The notes beneath the pieces were generated by a model, which was not told the origin of the DNA, made no database searches, and was given only the letters and a program-made list of their open reading frames with translations. This document shows, piece by piece, positions 1 through 11,403 of a DNA stretch of 64,000 nucleotides. Position 1 is the first letter of the stretch, and each line of letters starts with the position of its first letter. A program made the translations under genes and the position numbers. This DNA comes from Candidatus Magasanikiibacteriota bacterium (GTDB lineage Bacteria > Patescibacteriota > Patescibacteriia > Magasanikbacterales > GWA2-37-8), in NCBI GenBank assembly GCA_041665405.1, contig JBAYIZ010000003.1:2589-66588 (forward strand). The letters run 5' to 3'.

Positions 1-321
1 GACAACTTGAATAAAAGTGAAAAAGATTATCAGACCAAAGTAGATCAAGCCAAAGTGGAAGCCAACAAAATCATGGACAAAGCTGTGACATCTGCACAGG
101 TTGCTGCTGTAGAAACCAAAGAAAATGCCAAAAAAGAAATTGAGACTTTGGTAGTACAGGCTAGAAAGAGTATCAAAAACGAAAAAGAAACCATGAAAAC
201 CGAACTAAAAGAAGAAACTGCCAATTTTATTGTGTTAGCATTACAAAAAATATTGGTAGAAAAAATGGATTCTGCAAGTGACAAAAAAATGATTGAAGAA
301 GTTTTGGAAAAATTAAAATAG
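1..321 (+). CDS. atpF: F0F1 ATP synthase subunit b (5'-truncated by window edge)
   Basis: Ala/Lys/Glu-rich coiled coil directly upstream of the delta and alpha subunits; the frame is open to the window start. Confidence 0.9.
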   Translation, partial: DNLNKSEKDYQTKVDQAKVEANKIMDKAVTSAQVAAVETKENAKKEIETLVVQARKSIKNEKETMKTELKEETANFIVLALQKILVEKMDSASDKKMIEEVLEKLK

Positions 322-324
322 TTT

Positions 325-711
325 ATGGCCAAGAATACGCCCAAACAATACGCGGTGGCGCTTTACGAAATCACAGAGAAATTATCAGGCGCCAAATTAA
401 GCGAAGCTCTCAAAGAGTTCGTGACTTTGGTAATTCGTGAACACAAAACCAAACAATTTGATAAAATAATCAAAGAATTTGAAAGTTACGCCAAAAAGAA
501 AGAAGGAATAGTAGAGATAGACATTGTGTCCGCTCGCGAATTAGATCAAAAACTTTTAAATAAAATCATGCACGTCTTTGGCAAAAATGTAGAAGCGGAA
601 GTAACGGTGGATGAAAGTATTTTAGGCGGTATCAAGATTAAAACAGAAGATAAAATATTAGACGGCAGTCTCAAAACCCAATTATTAAAACTAAAAGAAT
701 CAATAATCTAA
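325..711 (+). CDS. atpH: ATP synthase delta subunit (short form)
   Basis: N-terminal YAxAL; C-terminal [11 protein letters not shown]...[14 protein letters not shown] motif; operon position. Confidence 0.92.
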   Translation: MAKNTPKQYAVALYEITEKLSGAKLSEALKEFVTLVIREHKTKQFDKIIKEFESYAKKKEGIVEIDIVSARELDQKLLNKIMHVFGKNVEAEVTVDESILGGIKIKTEDKILDGSLKTQLLKLKESII

Positions 712-716
712 AAAAT

Positions 717-2207
717 ATGTCCATAAATTCCATTGTCGAAGAACTGAAAAAAAATATTTCTGCTTTTGAAAAACAAGTAGAGGTAGAAGAAGTAGGTACT
801 GTACTTGAAGTAGGCGACGGCATCGCTCGTCTTTCTGGTTTGAGTAAATGTCAGGCCAACGAAATGTTGGAGTTCCCAGGTGGGACTTTTGGCGTGGCTT
901 TGAACTTGGAAGAAGAAACCGTCGGTGCGGTATTACTAGGTGAATTTAAACATATCAAAGAAGGGGACACTGTGAAGCGCACTGGCCGTATTTTGTCTGT
1001 ACCAGTGGGCGATCAGATGATCGGCCGTGTAGTGAATCCACTAGGTCAATTTATCGACGGTGGTGCCGAAACAAAAGCCAAACAATTTTATCCTATTGAA
1101 AAAATCGCTCCAGGTGTAATGAGTCGCCAACCAGTATCACAACCAGTACAAACTGGTATCAAAGCAATTGATGCCATGATTCCAATCGGTCGTGGTCAAC
1201 GCGAGTTAATCATCGGTGATCGACAAACTGGTAAAACTGCTATCGCAATCGATGCCATCATCAACCAAAAAGGACAAGACATGATCTGCGTATATGTAGC
1301 TATCGGTCAAAAAGAATCAAAGGTAGCTCGTATCGTGGCCAAACTCAAAGAATCCGGCGCAATGGATTATACTATCGTCGTAGTCGCTGGCGCTTCTGCT
1401 CCGGCCGCTCTTTCATACATTGCTCCATATTCTGGTGTTGCTATGGCTGAATACTTTATGGATCAAGGCAAAGATGTGTTGTGTGTATACGACGATCTTT
1501 CCAAACAAGCTTGGGCTTATCGTGAAATTTCACTCTTACTTCGCCGTCCACCAGGTCGTGAAGCTTATCCTGGTGATGTTTTCTATCTACATTCTCGTTT
1601 GCTTGAACGCGCTTGCCGCCGCAACAAAGAAGCCGGTGGTGGATCTATTACTGCTTTGCCAATTATTGAAACTCAGGCATCTGATGTGACTGCCTATATC
1701 CCAACCAATGTAATTTCTATTACCGATGGTCAGATTTTCTTGGAAACAGATTTATTCTTCCGAGGTATTCGCCCAGCTTTGAATGTAGGTATCTCTGTAT
1801 CTCGTGTAGGTGGTGCCGCTCAAACCAAACCAATGAAGAAAGTGGCCGGTAAATTAAAATTGGCTATGGCACAGTTTCGTGAACTTGAGGCCTTCTCCCA
1901 ATTTTCTTCCGATCTTGATCCAGAAACAAGAAAACAAATTGATTTGGGTCAACGCTTGGTAGAAGTTTTGAAACAACCTCAATTCAAACCAATGGCTGTG
2001 GCCAATCAGGTAGCTATTATATATGCTGTACAAAATGGTTTTGCCAATCATGTGGCCCCAAAAGAAATGGTCACTTGGGAAGGTAAGTTCCATGATTTCA
2101 TGAACAAATCCAAATCAGCTGTATTGGAAAAAATAACTGCTGGCACTTGGGATGAAACAGTTGAAACAGAATTAAAAGAAGCTATTACCGAATTCAACAA
2201 AATATAA
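717..2207 (+). CDS. atpA: ATP synthase F1 alpha subunit
   Basis: GDRQTGKT P-loop, [21 protein letters not shown]. Confidence 0.99.
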   Translation: MSINSIVEELKKNISAFEKQVEVEEVGTVLEVGDGIARLSGLSKCQANEMLEFPGGTFGVALNLEEETVGAVLLGEFKHIKEGDTVKRTGRILSVPVGDQMIGRVVNPLGQFIDGGAETKAKQFYPIEKIAPGVMSRQPVSQPVQTGIKAIDAMIPIGRGQRELIIGDRQTGKTAIAIDAIINQKGQDMICVYVAIGQKESKVARIVAKLKESGAMDYTIVVVAGASAPAALSYIAPYSGVAMAEYFMDQGKDVLCVYDDLSKQAWAYREISLLLRRPPGREAYPGDVFYLHSRLLERACRRNKEAGGGSITALPIIETQASDVTAYIPTNVISITDGQIFLETDLFFRGIRPALNVGISVSRVGGAAQTKPMKKVAGKLKLAMAQFRELEAFSQFSSDLDPETRKQIDLGQRLVEVLKQPQFKPMAVANQVAIIYAVQNGFANHVAPKEMVTWEGKFHDFMNKSKSAVLEKITAGTWDETVETELKEAITEFNKI

Positions 2208-2209
2208 GT

Positions 2210-3172
2210 ATGGGAGTAAATACCAAAGCAATTAAACGCCGAATCAAATCGGTCAGCAGTACCAAAAAAATCACGAAAGCGATGGAAATGGTAGCGGCTG
2301 CAAAAATGCGCAAGGCAGTAGACACTGCTTTGAAAACTCGCACCTACGCCAAATTGGCTTGGGATATTTTGGTTGATTTGAGCAAAACCCAAAAATCTGA
2401 AATTGCGTTATTGAAAACCAGACGCGTGAAAAAAGTGCTTTTGATTTTAATCACTTCCAATCGCGGATTGTGTGGTAGTTTCAATTCCAATATTATAAAA
2501 AAGACAGCCATTCAGATGAATAATCCAAAAAACCTAAGTCGCCAACGCATTGAAGGTAAAGACCTAGAAACCGAAGGACCCGTACTAGTAGATGTATTGG
2601 GACTAGGAAAAAAAGGCGCAGAATTTTCCAAAAAAATGGGCTACAATCTCATCGCCTCCTTTACCGATATCTCCGACACTCCAGGTTTGAAAGATATTTT
2701 ACCGATATGTAAAATGGCGATTGATGAATATGCCAACAAAAATTACGATAAAGTAGTCGTAGCTTATACCGATTTCAAATCCGCTATCAATCAAGTGCCA
2801 AAAATCAGACAGGTATTACCAATCTCCGAAATTGATTTGGAAAAAATGATGGGGGATATCGGAGAAGAGGATTTACAAAAAGAAAAGACCAAGATTGTAG
2901 CCGATACCAAAGTGGGAGATTATTTATTTGAACCAGGCAGAGACGAAGTGCTTGAAATCATTTTACCTCGTCTAGTAGAATCACAAGTTTTGCAAGCCGC
3001 ACTAGAATCCGCTGCTTCCGAACACAGCTCCCGAATGGTCGCGATGCGTAGTGCCTCTGATGCTGCTGTCGAAATGATTGATGAACTAAATTTAAATTTC
3101 AACAAAGCTCGTCAAGCTGGCATCACGCAAGAAATTGCGGAAATCGCCGGTGGCGCCGCCGCGTTGGAATAA
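2210..3172 (+). CDS. atpG: ATP synthase F1 gamma subunit
   Basis: KITKAMEMVAAAK, RGLCG, ARQAGITQEIAEI. Confidence 0.99.
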   Translation: MGVNTKAIKRRIKSVSSTKKITKAMEMVAAAKMRKAVDTALKTRTYAKLAWDILVDLSKTQKSEIALLKTRRVKKVLLILITSNRGLCGSFNSNIIKKTAIQMNNPKNLSRQRIEGKDLETEGPVLVDVLGLGKKGAEFSKKMGYNLIASFTDISDTPGLKDILPICKMAIDEYANKNYDKVVVAYTDFKSAINQVPKIRQVLPISEIDLEKMMGDIGEEDLQKEKTKIVADTKVGDYLFEPGRDEVLEIILPRLVESQVLQAALESAASEHSSRMVAMRSASDAAVEMIDELNLNFNKARQAGITQEIAEIAGGAAALE

Positions 3173-3188
3173 ATATAAATTTTTATTA

Positions 3189-3587
3189 ATGAACAACAAT
3201 ATGACAAAAAAATTAGTTTGGTTCGTCGTCAATTCGCTTATCTCATATATATTATTAAACGCGATCATGGGCCTTATAATATTCAACCCTTTATCGTTAA
3301 TCTTAAAAAATATTTGGCAAATACAATTATTAATGTCTTTAATTGTGTTTGTGTCCCTTTTTGTGTCGCTTTTCTTTATAGTAAAAAGTTCAAAAGAATC
3401 ACCAGAGTTAAAAACAAAGGGCGTTCTATATACTTGTATTGCAGCTAGTATTTTACGTATTTCAGGATTAGCTGGAGCAAAGAATACCGCAGAAATTGCA
3501 GGAATGATAATTAGTATAGCTCTGTTTTATTTAGTGTACATATTAATTACAAAAAAAATTAAAACAACCGTCCAAGTTCAAAAATAA
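3189..3587 (+). CDS. hypothetical membrane protein (~4 TM) inserted in atp operon
   Basis: Four hydrophobic stretches; start moved to ATG 3189 (or 3201) to avoid overlap with atpG. Confidence 0.65.
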   Translation: MNNNMTKKLVWFVVNSLISYILLNAIMGLIIFNPLSLILKNIWQIQLLMSLIVFVSLFVSLFFIVKSSKESPELKTKGVLYTCIAASILRISGLAGAKNTAEIAGMIISIALFYLVYILITKKIKTTVQVQK

Positions 3588-3609
3588 TATTCAATCATGG
3601 TTCTAATGT

Positions 3610-5218
<1,609 letters not shown>

Positions 5219-5221
5219 ATT

Positions 5222-5653
5222 ATGCCTATTAAATTTAAAATCGTTACACCAGAAAAGGTCATTTACGAAAATGATCATATCGAACAGGTGACCGCTCCAA
5301 CCACGACCGGTGAGATTACGATTTTACCAAATCACACACCGCTGATCACTATCCTCAATCCGGGAGAACTGGTGTTCAAAGAAAAAGAAGAACTCCACCA
5401 CTTTGCCGTGGCCGGAGGATTTCTAGAAGTAAGAGAAAATAATGAGATTGTGATCCTAGCAGACAACGCCGAAAATGTAGATCAGATTGATATTGATCGC
5501 GCTCAACTAGCCAAAGAAAGAGCCATCGCGCAGATGTCTGAGATAAAGAATAGGGAAGATGTGGATTATGCTAGAATACAGGCGGTGATTGATAGAGAGA
5601 CCAATCGTATTCGGTTGGGGAATAAGTATAGAAGGTTGCCGAAAAGTGAATAA
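5222..5653 (+). CDS. atpC: ATP synthase F1 epsilon subunit
   Basis: IVTPE, GEITILPNH, VAGGFLEV. Confidence 0.97.
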   Translation: MPIKFKIVTPEKVIYENDHIEQVTAPTTTGEITILPNHTPLITILNPGELVFKEKEELHHFAVAGGFLEVRENNEIVILADNAENVDQIDIDRAQLAKERAIAQMSEIKNREDVDYARIQAVIDRETNRIRLGNKYRRLPKSE

Positions 5654-5660
5654 TGTATTT

Positions 5661-5690
5661 AAAAGCAATGGTTTTGGGCCATTGTTTTTT
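5661..5690 (+). terminator. intrinsic terminator of atp operon
   Basis: aagcaatgg-N7-ccattgttt stem followed by a T-run. Confidence 0.75.
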
Positions 5691-5731
5691 AAAGATAGAT
5701 TTACTCTTATTCTTTTGAATCACCAACAACT

Positions 5732-6316
5732 ATGTACAAAATTAACTTATCAAAAATTAAAGAAATAAAAATACTAAAAAACTTTAAAATTGGTTGGCAT
5801 AGCTTAAATTTTTTTGAAAGATCCCAAATAATTTTAATGATAATACTAAGTCTCTGCGCTAGTTTTATATCATTAAAACAAACAGACATAAACAATCGAC
5901 TGCTTCTATTAGAAGAAAAAAAGACAGAACCTATACTAAGTGTTGAAATAGGTGAATATAGCAAACCAACAACAAGCACGATACTTATAAATCCAATTTT
6001 ATACAACGCTGGATCTGTCCCTGTTAGTATAATAGGGACAGGATTTCATGTGTATGAAGAAAATACAATGAAAAATATATTTAGTCTCACTTATGGTCGA
6101 GGATTGGCGGGAGAAAAAATTGGACCAGGTAGTAGCAAATCTTTACCATATGAAATCACTGCTTCTAAAGAAATTTTTTCATTGTATAGATTCGACATTA
6201 TTTATAAAAATGAATCTAATAACAAAGAAAAGTGCGAAACTATTATTTTATCAAAAGGAGATAAAAACTTTTTTCAAATAAATAAAACAGTTGGTTGCCC
6301 TAAAAATATTAGATAG
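5732..6316 (+). CDS. hypothetical protein with one N-terminal TM segment
   Basis: 194-aa AT-rich ORF, hydrophobic stretch IILMIILSLCASFI. Confidence 0.6.
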   Translation: MYKINLSKIKEIKILKNFKIGWHSLNFFERSQIILMIILSLCASFISLKQTDINNRLLLLEEKKTEPILSVEIGEYSKPTTSTILINPILYNAGSVPVSIIGTGFHVYEENTMKNIFSLTYGRGLAGEKIGPGSSKSLPYEITASKEIFSLYRFDIIYKNESNNKEKCETIILSKGDKNFFQINKTVGCPKNIR

Positions 6317-6394
6317 ATTAGTCTTGATGCATTTTATATAAAATATTGTTATTTTTTTTATAAAATGATATAATAAATAAGTAAAATATAAAAT

Positions 6395-6610
6395 ATGAGA
6401 TATAGGTTTGAAGAATTATTTCAAAAAAACCCAGATGGATCACTAACTCCCAAGAAAACAATACACATAAATGGGGTTACGTTTGGGTATGGTATTACAT
6501 TTCAAAGAGGAGTTGCTTTTGGAGGGATCGATTTTTTTAATTTTGAAAATAAAGATATTGAAGCAAACGAGATAGATGGGGTACTTAGTATCAAAGGATT
6601 TTACAATTAA
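6395..6610 (+). CDS. small hypothetical protein
   Basis: 71-aa Gly/Phe-rich beta-like ORF with upstream TGaTATAAT. Confidence 0.7.
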   Translation: MRYRFEELFQKNPDGSLTPKKTIHINGVTFGYGITFQRGVAFGGIDFFNFENKDIEANEIDGVLSIKGFYN

Positions 6611-6613
6611 TTT

Positions 6614-6982
6614 ATGATTGAAAACCAACCAGATATAACACTAGAACAGGCCATAAGAAAAACAAAAGATGCTGGGATAACCTTAAACTTCGACAAAGGT
6701 CAAACAGTTGCTGGTGATCTTTTTCAACTTCAACAAGATATTAGAAAAACCAACTCCACCATTGAACATATTAAATGGGTTTTTGGTGCCATTTTAATAG
6801 GTTCTGTTTTTGCAACTATAGTTTTACTTGCAGATTATGCAAATTTTGCAAGTACTGCATATATACAATTTAATCAAACAATAGAAGAACAAAATAAAGA
6901 TCACGAAACAGTTGAATCTATTAAAACTGATATTGAATTTATCAAAAATAATTTAAATAGTTTAAATTCAGGAAAAAAATAA
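6614..6982 (+). CDS. hypothetical single-pass membrane protein
   Basis: 122 aa, central TM flanked by coiled coils; 3 nt after the previous ORF. Confidence 0.65.
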   Translation: MIENQPDITLEQAIRKTKDAGITLNFDKGQTVAGDLFQLQQDIRKTNSTIEHIKWVFGAILIGSVFATIVLLADYANFASTAYIQFNQTIEEQNKDHETVESIKTDIEFIKNNLNSLNSGKK

Positions 6983-7004
6983 CAAAAAAAGATCAATAAA
7001 AATT

Positions 7005-7667
7005 ATGAAACTCAAGGAGGTGCCGGCCGTGGATAGGCCTAGAGAAAAACTATCCAAATATGGTCCAGAAAAATTATCAAATAAGGAGTTGCTAGCGATT
7101 CTACTCGGTTCAGGAGTAAAAGGAACAAATGTAGTACAGCTGTCAAACAAAATACTCAAGAAGTTTAAAACAGAAAAACTTTCACAAGCTTCATTTGAAG
7201 ATTTAAAAAATACTTTTGGTTTGGGTCCAGCCAAAGCATGTTTGTTGGTTGCTTGTTTTGAACTCGGTCGTCGTTTTTTAAAAGACAAAAAACACAACTT
7301 AATATTATCTCCAAAGGATGTTTGGGAAAATCTCAAAGATATTCGCGATCACAAAAAAGAACATTTTGTGGTTTTTTATTTGGACACCAGAAACCAAGAG
7401 ATAAAAAGAGAAATAATATCCGTCGGCACACTCAATGCTAACCTCATACATCCACGCGAAGTATTTGAACCAGCCATCATGCACAGTGCAGCACAGCTAA
7501 TAGTAGCCCACAATCATCCATCGGGAAATCCAGAGCCATCGGAAGAAGATTTAGCCATAACAAAACGACTGGCAGAGGCGGGGAAAATACTTGGGATAGA
7601 TTTATTAGATCATATCATAATAGCCAAAGAAAGCTTTATCAGTTTGAACGACAGAGGCATTTTGTGA
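7005..7667 (+). CDS. radC: RadC/JAB-domain protein
   Basis: RPREKL, HPREVF, HNHPSG...S..D, LLDHII. Confidence 0.95.
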   Translation: MKLKEVPAVDRPREKLSKYGPEKLSNKELLAILLGSGVKGTNVVQLSNKILKKFKTEKLSQASFEDLKNTFGLGPAKACLLVACFELGRRFLKDKKHNLILSPKDVWENLKDIRDHKKEHFVVFYLDTRNQEIKREIISVGTLNANLIHPREVFEPAIMHSAAQLIVAHNHPSGNPEPSEEDLAITKRLAEAGKILGIDLLDHIIIAKESFISLNDRGIL

Positions 7668-7671
7668 TAAT

Positions 7672-7699
7672 ATAATCGCTTATTTAAGCGATTATTTTG
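7672..7699 (+). terminator. hairpin/terminator after radC
   Basis: ataatcgctt-N4-aagcgattat followed by T-rich tail. Confidence 0.6.
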
Positions 7700-7701
7700 T
7701 T

Positions 7702-7730
7702 TTGACGAAAGCAAATAAAGAGAGTAAAAT
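7702..7730 (+). promoter_or_regulatory. sigma70 promoter of hsd locus
   Basis: TTGACG-17bp-TAAAAT upstream of hsdM. Confidence 0.65.
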
Positions 7731-7753
7731 ATAGGAACTAAATTTCTTAAACT

Positions 7754-9205
7754 ATGTTTGAACAATCATTCAAAAACATTGATAATATCCTCCATACAGA
7801 TTCTGGTTGTGGAACAGAACTGGATTATGTAGAACAAACCTCTTGGGTTCTTTTTTTGAAATACCTAGATGATTTGGAAGAGACCAAAAGAACTGAATCG
7901 GCACTGGCTGGGAAGAAATACGCCTATATTTTGTCTCCCGAATATCGTTGGGACGCATGGGCGTGTCCAAAAAATAGCGAAGGCAAATTAGACCATAACA
8001 AAGCACTGGATGGTGACGATCTCTGTGGTTTTGTAAACAACAAACTTTTTCCATATCTTAAAAAATTTAAAGCCGAAGAACCAAATACCATTGAATACAA
8101 AATCGGTGAAATTTTTTCTGAATTGAAAAATAAAATCTCTAGCGGATATAAATTGCGAGAAATATTGAACATCGTGGATTTAATGCACTTTCGTTTGTAT
8201 GAAGAAAAACACGAACTTTCACATCTCTACGAAGCCAAAATAAAGAACATGGGCAACGCCGGACGCAATGGTGGCGAATACTACACGCCACGCCCACTCA
8301 TCAAAACAATTGTGAAAGTAGTCGATCCAAAGATTGGAGACACTGTTTATGACGGTGCCTGTGGTAGCGCTGGATTTTTGGTTGAAGCGTATAAATATCT
8401 AACAGAAAATCAATCCAAACTATCATCAAGCCAGATGGCAACCTTGCAAAACAAAACTTTTTACGGCAAAGAAATAAAATCTCTCGCCTATATCATCGGT
8501 ATCATGAATATGATCCTGCATGGTATTGAAGCACCAAATATAAAACACACCAATACACTTGCAGAAAACATCAATGATATCCAAGAAAAAGATCGTTACT
8601 CCGTAATTCTGGCAAATCCGCCTTTTGGCGCTGGTATCGGCCGTGAAATTCAACAAAACTTTCCAATCAAAACTGGTGAGACCGCTTTTCTTTTTCTCCA
8701 GCATTTTATTAAAATTTTAAAAGCTAGAGGCCGAGCAGGTATTGTTATCAAAAATACTTTTCTTTCCAATACGGATAACGCATCGGTTTCATTGCGTAAA
8801 TTACTTTTAGAAAATTGCAATCTACACACAGTATTAGATTTGCCAGGTGGTGCTTTTCAGGGTGCGGGAGTAAAAACGGTAGTGTTATTTTTTGAGAAGG
8901 GTACATCTACAAAAAAAGTTTGGTTTTATCAGCTCAATCTTGAGCGCAATCTTGGAAAAGGCAACCCATTGAACGAAGCAGATTTGGCCGAGTTTGTGGA
9001 ACTACAAAAGACCACGGCGAACAGCGATAATTCATGGAGTGTGGATGTTAAAGATATTGATCAGACTACTTTTGATTTGTCAGTAAAAAACCCAAATAAA
9101 AATAATGAGGTGATTTTAAGAGAGCCAAAAGATATTTTAGTAGAGATGAAGGACTTGGATATAAAAATTCAGAGTAGTGTAATTAGTATAAAAAAACTTC
9201 TTTAA
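7754..9205 (+). CDS. hsdM: type I R-M N6-adenine methyltransferase
   Basis: GEYYTPR, DGACGSAGFL (motif I), NPPF (motif IV). Confidence 0.95.
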   Translation: MFEQSFKNIDNILHTDSGCGTELDYVEQTSWVLFLKYLDDLEETKRTESALAGKKYAYILSPEYRWDAWACPKNSEGKLDHNKALDGDDLCGFVNNKLFPYLKKFKAEEPNTIEYKIGEIFSELKNKISSGYKLREILNIVDLMHFRLYEEKHELSHLYEAKIKNMGNAGRNGGEYYTPRPLIKTIVKVVDPKIGDTVYDGACGSAGFLVEAYKYLTENQSKLSSSQMATLQNKTFYGKEIKSLAYIIGIMNMILHGIEAPNIKHTNTLAENINDIQEKDRYSVILANPPFGAGIGREIQQNFPIKTGETAFLFLQHFIKILKARGRAGIVIKNTFLSNTDNASVSLRKLLLENCNLHTVLDLPGGAFQGAGVKTVVLFFEKGTSTKKVWFYQLNLERNLGKGNPLNEADLAEFVELQKTTANSDNSWSVDVKDIDQTTFDLSVKNPNKNNEVILREPKDILVEMKDLDIKIQSSVISIKKLL

Positions 9206-9208
9206 GAT

Positions 9209-10504
9209 ATGGATTTTTCAAAGTTCACTTTTAATAAAAAATACACTCGGTATGATAAGCAATTTGAGTTGTTTTTTGATTTTGATCTTAAGGAAATTAC
9301 CGGACACAATAGAAAAACTTTTGATTACGGACTGAGTTTGCGTTACTTTCTTGAAAATAATCCCGGAAAACAAATTTTTTTAACCTTAACACAAGTATCT
9401 GACTTTTGTGAAGAATCAAATAAGTTAATTATAAACTTAAAGTCATATCAGGATTTTTGTAAGAAAATTAGCCAAAATGGCAAAGATAAAACTCAAGCAT
9501 TTCTTGCTCAAAAGTTGAAACATTACTCGGAAAATGAAAAGAAAGAAATTATTGCTAGTTCAACTGGAGAAGAAATAATAGAAAGGACGAGAGACTTTAC
9601 AGAAGATCAAAAAAAAGAGCTCGTTAAAGCAAATGCTACTGAAACGAATATATTTGAGGCAATAAAGACTCTAAGTGTAGAATCTCAAAGTAAAATATTT
9701 GAATTTTTACGATCTCAAAAAGGTTTAGATGTCTCTGGGAAAATCATTGAAACAACTGAAGAAGTTCTAAATATTTTAAATGGCCTTGAAAATATTGAGC
9801 CTGAAATTCTAAAGACGATTTTAAACAAATTAGATGAAAAAGAAAAAATTAACACTATTCTTGAAACATTGTCCAGGATAGAACTGAAGCATCTATCTGC
9901 CGCTAATAAGCAAAAGATTTATCATGCAGAGCTTAACAATTTAAAGCAACTTTTAGAATTGGAGGAGAATGGAAGTATAGTCGAGACAATAAAAAATTAT
10001 GGAAATTTAAGTTCATATATAGCAGGACAGCCTGAAAAAATATTCCAAAATTGGATTGAAAGAAATTTGTGGGTTTTTGGGATTGAGTATATAAAAAAAC
10101 ACGATGGAAGAAAGGTGGCTTTATTTAGTGAAGGGGATATACTAATGGAGTCAATGGATGGATTTTTAGACTTAATAGAGATTAAAAGACCCAAATACGG
10201 AATTTTTCAATATGACACCAATCACAATAGCTATTATTCATCACCAGATTTATCAAAAGTCATTGGACAGTGCTTGCTTTACTTGCAAAAAATGGATGAT
10301 CAAAAACTTGTTTTAGAAAAAGAGCACAAAGTGAAAATACTACGACCTAGAATAAAAATTATTGCAGGAAGAACAAACGAATTTAAGGACGAGCAATTTG
10401 AAGCTCTACGAATGTTAAATTCTAACCTAAACCACATCCAAATTATATCCTACGATTATCTTTTGAGTTGTGGAAAAAAAATTATTTCTTTATATGAGAA
10501 TTAA
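9209..10504 (+). CDS. Shedu (SduA)/DUF4263-like PD-(D/E)xK nuclease with N-terminal helical region
   Basis: C-terminal EKIFQNWIERNLWVFG...GDIL...LIEIKRP...VIGQCLLY...IIAGR...IISYDYLL, typical of DUF4263. Confidence 0.75.
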   Translation: MDFSKFTFNKKYTRYDKQFELFFDFDLKEITGHNRKTFDYGLSLRYFLENNPGKQIFLTLTQVSDFCEESNKLIINLKSYQDFCKKISQNGKDKTQAFLAQKLKHYSENEKKEIIASSTGEEIIERTRDFTEDQKKELVKANATETNIFEAIKTLSVESQSKIFEFLRSQKGLDVSGKIIETTEEVLNILNGLENIEPEILKTILNKLDEKEKINTILETLSRIELKHLSAANKQKIYHAELNNLKQLLELEENGSIVETIKNYGNLSSYIAGQPEKIFQNWIERNLWVFGIEYIKKHDGRKVALFSEGDILMESMDGFLDLIEIKRPKYGIFQYDTNHNSYYSSPDLSKVIGQCLLYLQKMDDQKLVLEKEHKVKILRPRIKIIAGRTNEFKDEQFEALRMLNSNLNHIQIISYDYLLSCGKKIISLYEN

Positions 10505-10536
10505 TTGGCAGATACAATTTTTTAAAAGGAAATTAT

Positions 10537-11403
10537 ATGAGTAGAATTTTTGATTTTAATAAACGTTTTGGAAAAACTGTTGACCCTGAAGAAGTAAAAC
10601 ATGATTTTGTAAATAAAATTACTCATTATCTTATCGAACCTCTGGATGAGAAGGCAGGTTTACGTTATGGAGAGTACAGTAATAGTACTGAAATATTTAA
10701 TTTTGTGGCGATGGAATTTAATCAAAACCCGACAAATATTATATATTTACACAACAGAAATCATTTCTATTCTGATGATATTTACCGTCCATCTTTTAAG
10801 ATTTTTTCTGATGGCGTTTTTGAAAAAACCCTTATATTAGTAGAAATTTTTTATGATTATCTTTCAACGCACAGCATCCCTGGCACGGGTGAAAAGCAGT
10901 GGTCAGAAAATATAAATAAAATTGTCGCGTATGCTCTTAACCAGCCAGTATCGCTTGGCATCTCGTGGCGTGATGGAAAATTTTATCCTGAAGGAGCCGA
11001 AGAATTTGATGAAAAACTTATTTCGGATGTATTAAAATGGCTTGAACAAAAACCAAAAATTCAGGCTTTATACAAAAATGCACTTGATCAGTATTCTCAA
11101 TCATTAAGTGATAATATTAAGCGTAAAGATGTTATGAGTAATGCTTTTCAAGCTGTAGAACAACTTACCCAAGAATATCTGAAAAGCCCCAAACCGTCAT
11201 TTGATAATAATTTTAATTCATTAGTTGATAAACTTGTTATTGATAAAGAATGGAAAAAAATATTTAATTCTTACAAAGAATTAAGTAAAGAATTTGGGCG
11301 ACATGCAGGTAGTGGAGACAGCTTTATTCCTACACAAGAAGATACTGAAGCATTTTTATATTTGTCTGGTTTGATAATGAGATTAATACTTGAAAAAGTA
11401 TGA
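10537..11403 (+). CDS. Abi-like protein (AbiJ-N-like N-terminus, HEPN-like C-terminus)
   Basis: C-terminal helical domain AFQAVE...FGRHAG...EDTEAFLYL resembling Abi/HEPN C-domains; overlaps the hsdS start. Confidence 0.5.
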   Translation: MSRIFDFNKRFGKTVDPEEVKHDFVNKITHYLIEPLDEKAGLRYGEYSNSTEIFNFVAMEFNQNPTNIIYLHNRNHFYSDDIYRPSFKIFSDGVFEKTLILVEIFYDYLSTHSIPGTGEKQWSENINKIVAYALNQPVSLGISWRDGKFYPEGAEEFDEKLISDVLKWLEQKPKIQALYKNALDQYSQSLSDNIKRKDVMSNAFQAVEQLTQEYLKSPKPSFDNNFNSLVDKLVIDKEWKKIFNSYKELSKEFGRHAGSGDSFIPTQEDTEAFLYLSGLIMRLILEKV

